Assembly (NCBI GenBank): GCA_964106915.2
Contig: OZ066918.1
Length of the DNA: 64,000 nucleotides
DNA from: Podarcis gaigeae
Taxonomy: Eukaryota
Direction: 5' to 3' (one strand)
Shown in pieces: positions 61,155 to 64,000 of this stretch (positions are counted from its first letter, which is position 1; each line of letters starts with the position of its first letter). Both the position numbers and the translations under genes were made by a program. The notes under the pieces are model-generated. The model was not told the origin of the DNA. It ran no database searches and was given only the letters and a program-made list of their open reading frames with translations.

Positions 61155-63038
61155 GTCAGCGTTTATATTTCTTTTTAACCAGTAACTACTGCCTTAGCTT
61201 CAATCTGACATACTTCAAGGTTTCATACTTTTTGTCAGAGGAAACCAAAATAAAATAAATAGTTCAAAGGGTTTTAATTGATAAATTGGATTGATTAAAA
61301 TGCTTTGTCCAGCCAACAAGGTGATCCTGTTTAATTAGCAGAACTATTTAAAACAATTTTTTTAAATAAGTTCATTAAAAATGCATGCCATCAAACACCT
61401 TAAATGAATAATTTATTCTGATGTGACAGATGAGGAATGCTTCTTCTAAGATTTTGCCACACACATATGCATTATCATAAAGATGGTGTGCTTTTTTCTT
61501 TAGTAGTATTTATTTTTCATATGCATATATATATGTGGATTTAATAATTTTATCTAGGTGACATCCCTAAAACTCAACAATTCTTAAATGTAGCATTGTG
61601 TTTATATGAAAAGGGCAGGAAATTTGCTTTTAATACATCATGCTTTGAATACATATTGGTGCCCCTGTTATACAGAGACTGGATTTAGCTTGAAATAGTA
61701 AGTAGCATATTTTGTTAGTTGTTGAGCCAACTATGCTTTGCACATTCAAACAAGTTATTAAAACAGGAATGCTACATTTCTTCAGAAGCATGGTTTTCTT
61801 CCTTGTTCCCAAGGTGGGTTTTTTTTGCTGCTTAAAAGGGAAGAACCTGATAATTTTTACAGACTTGGGCCTTCAGCTGGTATTTTTCCAACTCTGTTTT
61901 CAAAGTTTCTGTAAGTGTTTAAGAGTTTGGAGCATGAAGTTCAAGGCTAAGAATGCTTAGCTGAACATATCAGAATTTGTCTAATATATGGTCACTTTAC
62001 AAATAATATGTTGCTTTCTCTTGGTGCCCTTAGGTAAAATGGAAATAAAATTGAATGAGGTCTAAATTACAGAAGCTTGAAGGACCAGTAAAATTTGAGA
62101 ATGAGCAGTTTTAACTGTGAGGCCTGAAATGAAATGAAATTGTTAACTGCATAATTATTTCTGGGCTTTCCCCTCGAAGCATGTGATCATGATGAGGCCT
62201 AGATGCTGATACTAAGCCCAAATAATATACCATGTTATTTACCATGTTATAGTTTCTCTTCTTCCCTCTCCCCTGCTGCATCTATTAGCTGGCAATAGCA
62301 GGTGCTTGCATACTCTTATGGTGCATCAGTTTTCAGCTCCATTTTTATTCTACATATACTTTGTAACAATTGTTTGAATAAATGCAGAATGATTTATATC
62401 ATATACTGCTTTGTTAATTGTTAAGTAGCACATTATATCTTTAAATGGTTAAGTTACAGTTTGATACATCAGCCAGTATTGCATTTATTTTCCTCAAAAT
62501 GTTTCTTCCTTGGCTTCAAAAGATCCAGAATTCATCTATATTTAGCATCAGATCATTAAGTCTGCAATGTGGTTTGAAAATGGCCTGTGATCTGGCACAC
62601 CAAGAAGTCTTGGCATAAAGCATACTCCATCCTTAATTTCCTATAACTGAATATACCTATTAGCTTTAAGGCTAGGTTTTTATTATTGCTCTCAGTTTTA
62701 TGTTCCAAGTGAAGAGTTGCTGAAGACTCCATTGCTTTGTTGCTTTGGATCTATCCTGCCAAGTGTGTGTTAAGCCACATGTAGTAAACATGAGCTATAA
62801 TATTCTTTGGCTCTAAACTAAAGTAAAGTTGAACCTTTTCTGCATTTGAACAGCAGCTCCTATATAAAAAGTGCATGTGCTGTATATTGGGGTGCAAGGA
62901 AGAGCCATTTCCCCACAAGCTTTGACTTACAGGAGGAATTCCTTAGTGCTGTTAAACCCCATGTTTGACCATGATGAGACTGTACTACCCACCCACCCCA
63001 AACTAAGATGTCCTAATGCTTAAATCCTACATTTTCAG

Positions 63039-63211
63039 CTGCTCTTGGTGTTCAGCAACCATCCTTACTTGGAGCATCTCCTACAATATATACACAACAA
63101 ACTGCATTAGCAGCAGCAGGCCTCAGTACTCAGACACCAACAAACTATCAACTCAGTCAGACAGCTGCTTTACAACAACAAGCTGCAGCCGCAGCAGCCG
63201 CATTACAGCAG
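63039..63211 (+). CDS. CCAR1: CCAR1 second coding exon (173 nt): AALGVQQPSLLGASPTIYTQQTALAAAGLSTQTPTNYQLSQTAALQQQAAAAAAALQQ
   Basis: attttcag|CT...CAG|gtaaat. The phase matches the previous exon. The gene continues beyond the window. Confidence 0.95.
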
Positions 63212-64000
63212 GTAAATGGAACTGCATCTGCTGACTCCTATTTTTGTGCAGCCAGTGAGTGGCAACTTCAGTAAAACAAGCCGAGGTCCAGATAAACTTT
63301 ATAATCTGCTTTGAGATTTTTATTTGTAAAATGATTTTACTATTGTTTAGATACTGAATGCTATATAGTTTTTATGTAGTCATGTCTAGGGCTTTCTTGT
63401 CGTAATTACACTGAGCCTCTGTTTGGTGTTCTCAAAATATCACATACCCTCAGAAATAGGGAAATCTTTTTAGTAGGGACAAATGTTATTTGTTAGTGTC
63501 TTTCTCTAACAATGCCGAAAAAGACGTTGGAAAAGCTAATAAAACACTAAATCACAATTCTGTAAACTAGAGTAAAAACTAGTGATGCATCAGATTTTAA
63601 TGCTTAAAACATTTTTGGAGAAAGGTAGGTTTTTAAGGGATTTGGCAAGTACCTAAACACATTCACGTACCCCTTAGTGGCTTTCCCTAGTTCTTAAGTA
63701 TGTTCGTGGTTATTATTATCATTTGTTAGTCACTTTATACAAAACTCTCAAACATATGCTGCTGGTATAGCATAATTTCGTTCCTCACAGTATGATCTTC
63801 ACTATAGCAACATGATTGGATTTGGCTACGTGATGATGTCACTGAAAGTACCACAGCCCTCACATTGCTTTTATTCTTGAGGAAAAGAAGAAACATTTGC
63901 CTGTTGCGAAAGCAATTAGTCTGATGTTCCCAGCCAAACGATGCTGGTGATTTCTTGATGCACAGTACTGGCAAGCAATGACTTGTGTCCTGATCCAGTT

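Noticed and set aside
62162-62220. Box C/D snoRNA candidate in a CCAR1 intron (TGGGCTT/AAGCCCA stem, ATGATGA, CTGA)
   Set aside because: The C box is ~20 nt inside the stem and only ~10 nt from the D box, so the geometry is incompatible with a guide snoRNA.

Overview
This is vertebrate genomic DNA from a squamate reptile, probably a lacertid lizard, judged from Sauria SINEs, a Squam3-like SINE, hAT and Tc1/mariner MITEs and Penelope fragments. The window holds most of TET1 on the + strand. Ten coding exons match mammalian exons 3-12: 2425-2475, 20054-22661, 23978-24068, 26297-26390, 35743-35951, 36706-36856, 40326-40415, 41658-41795, 42550-42874 and 44474-45603. All have GT-AG boundaries and join in frame (4887 nt), with intact Fe(II)/2-oxoglutarate ligands. 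The CXXC-encoding exon is not in the window. A CpG-rich internal promoter lies at about 1.2-2.3 kb. A probable ~11.7-kb 3'UTR is followed by the CpG-island promoter and first three exons of CCAR1. The most notable observations are: (1) an intact minimal type-I hammerhead ribozyme in a TSD-flanked Penelope fragment, in sense orientation in TET1 intron 7; (2) a candidate alternative first coding exon (MHNTFL) that would give a CXXC-less TET1; (3) a 25-nt YY1/uORF element in the internal promoter that appears, from memory, to match TET2 exon 1; (4) a 105-bp in-frame tandem duplication in exon 4; (5) miR-26 and miR-29 seed clusters across a very long 3'UTR. Exon numbering follows mammalian TET1. 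Comparisons to human sequences are from recall and need checking by alignment.
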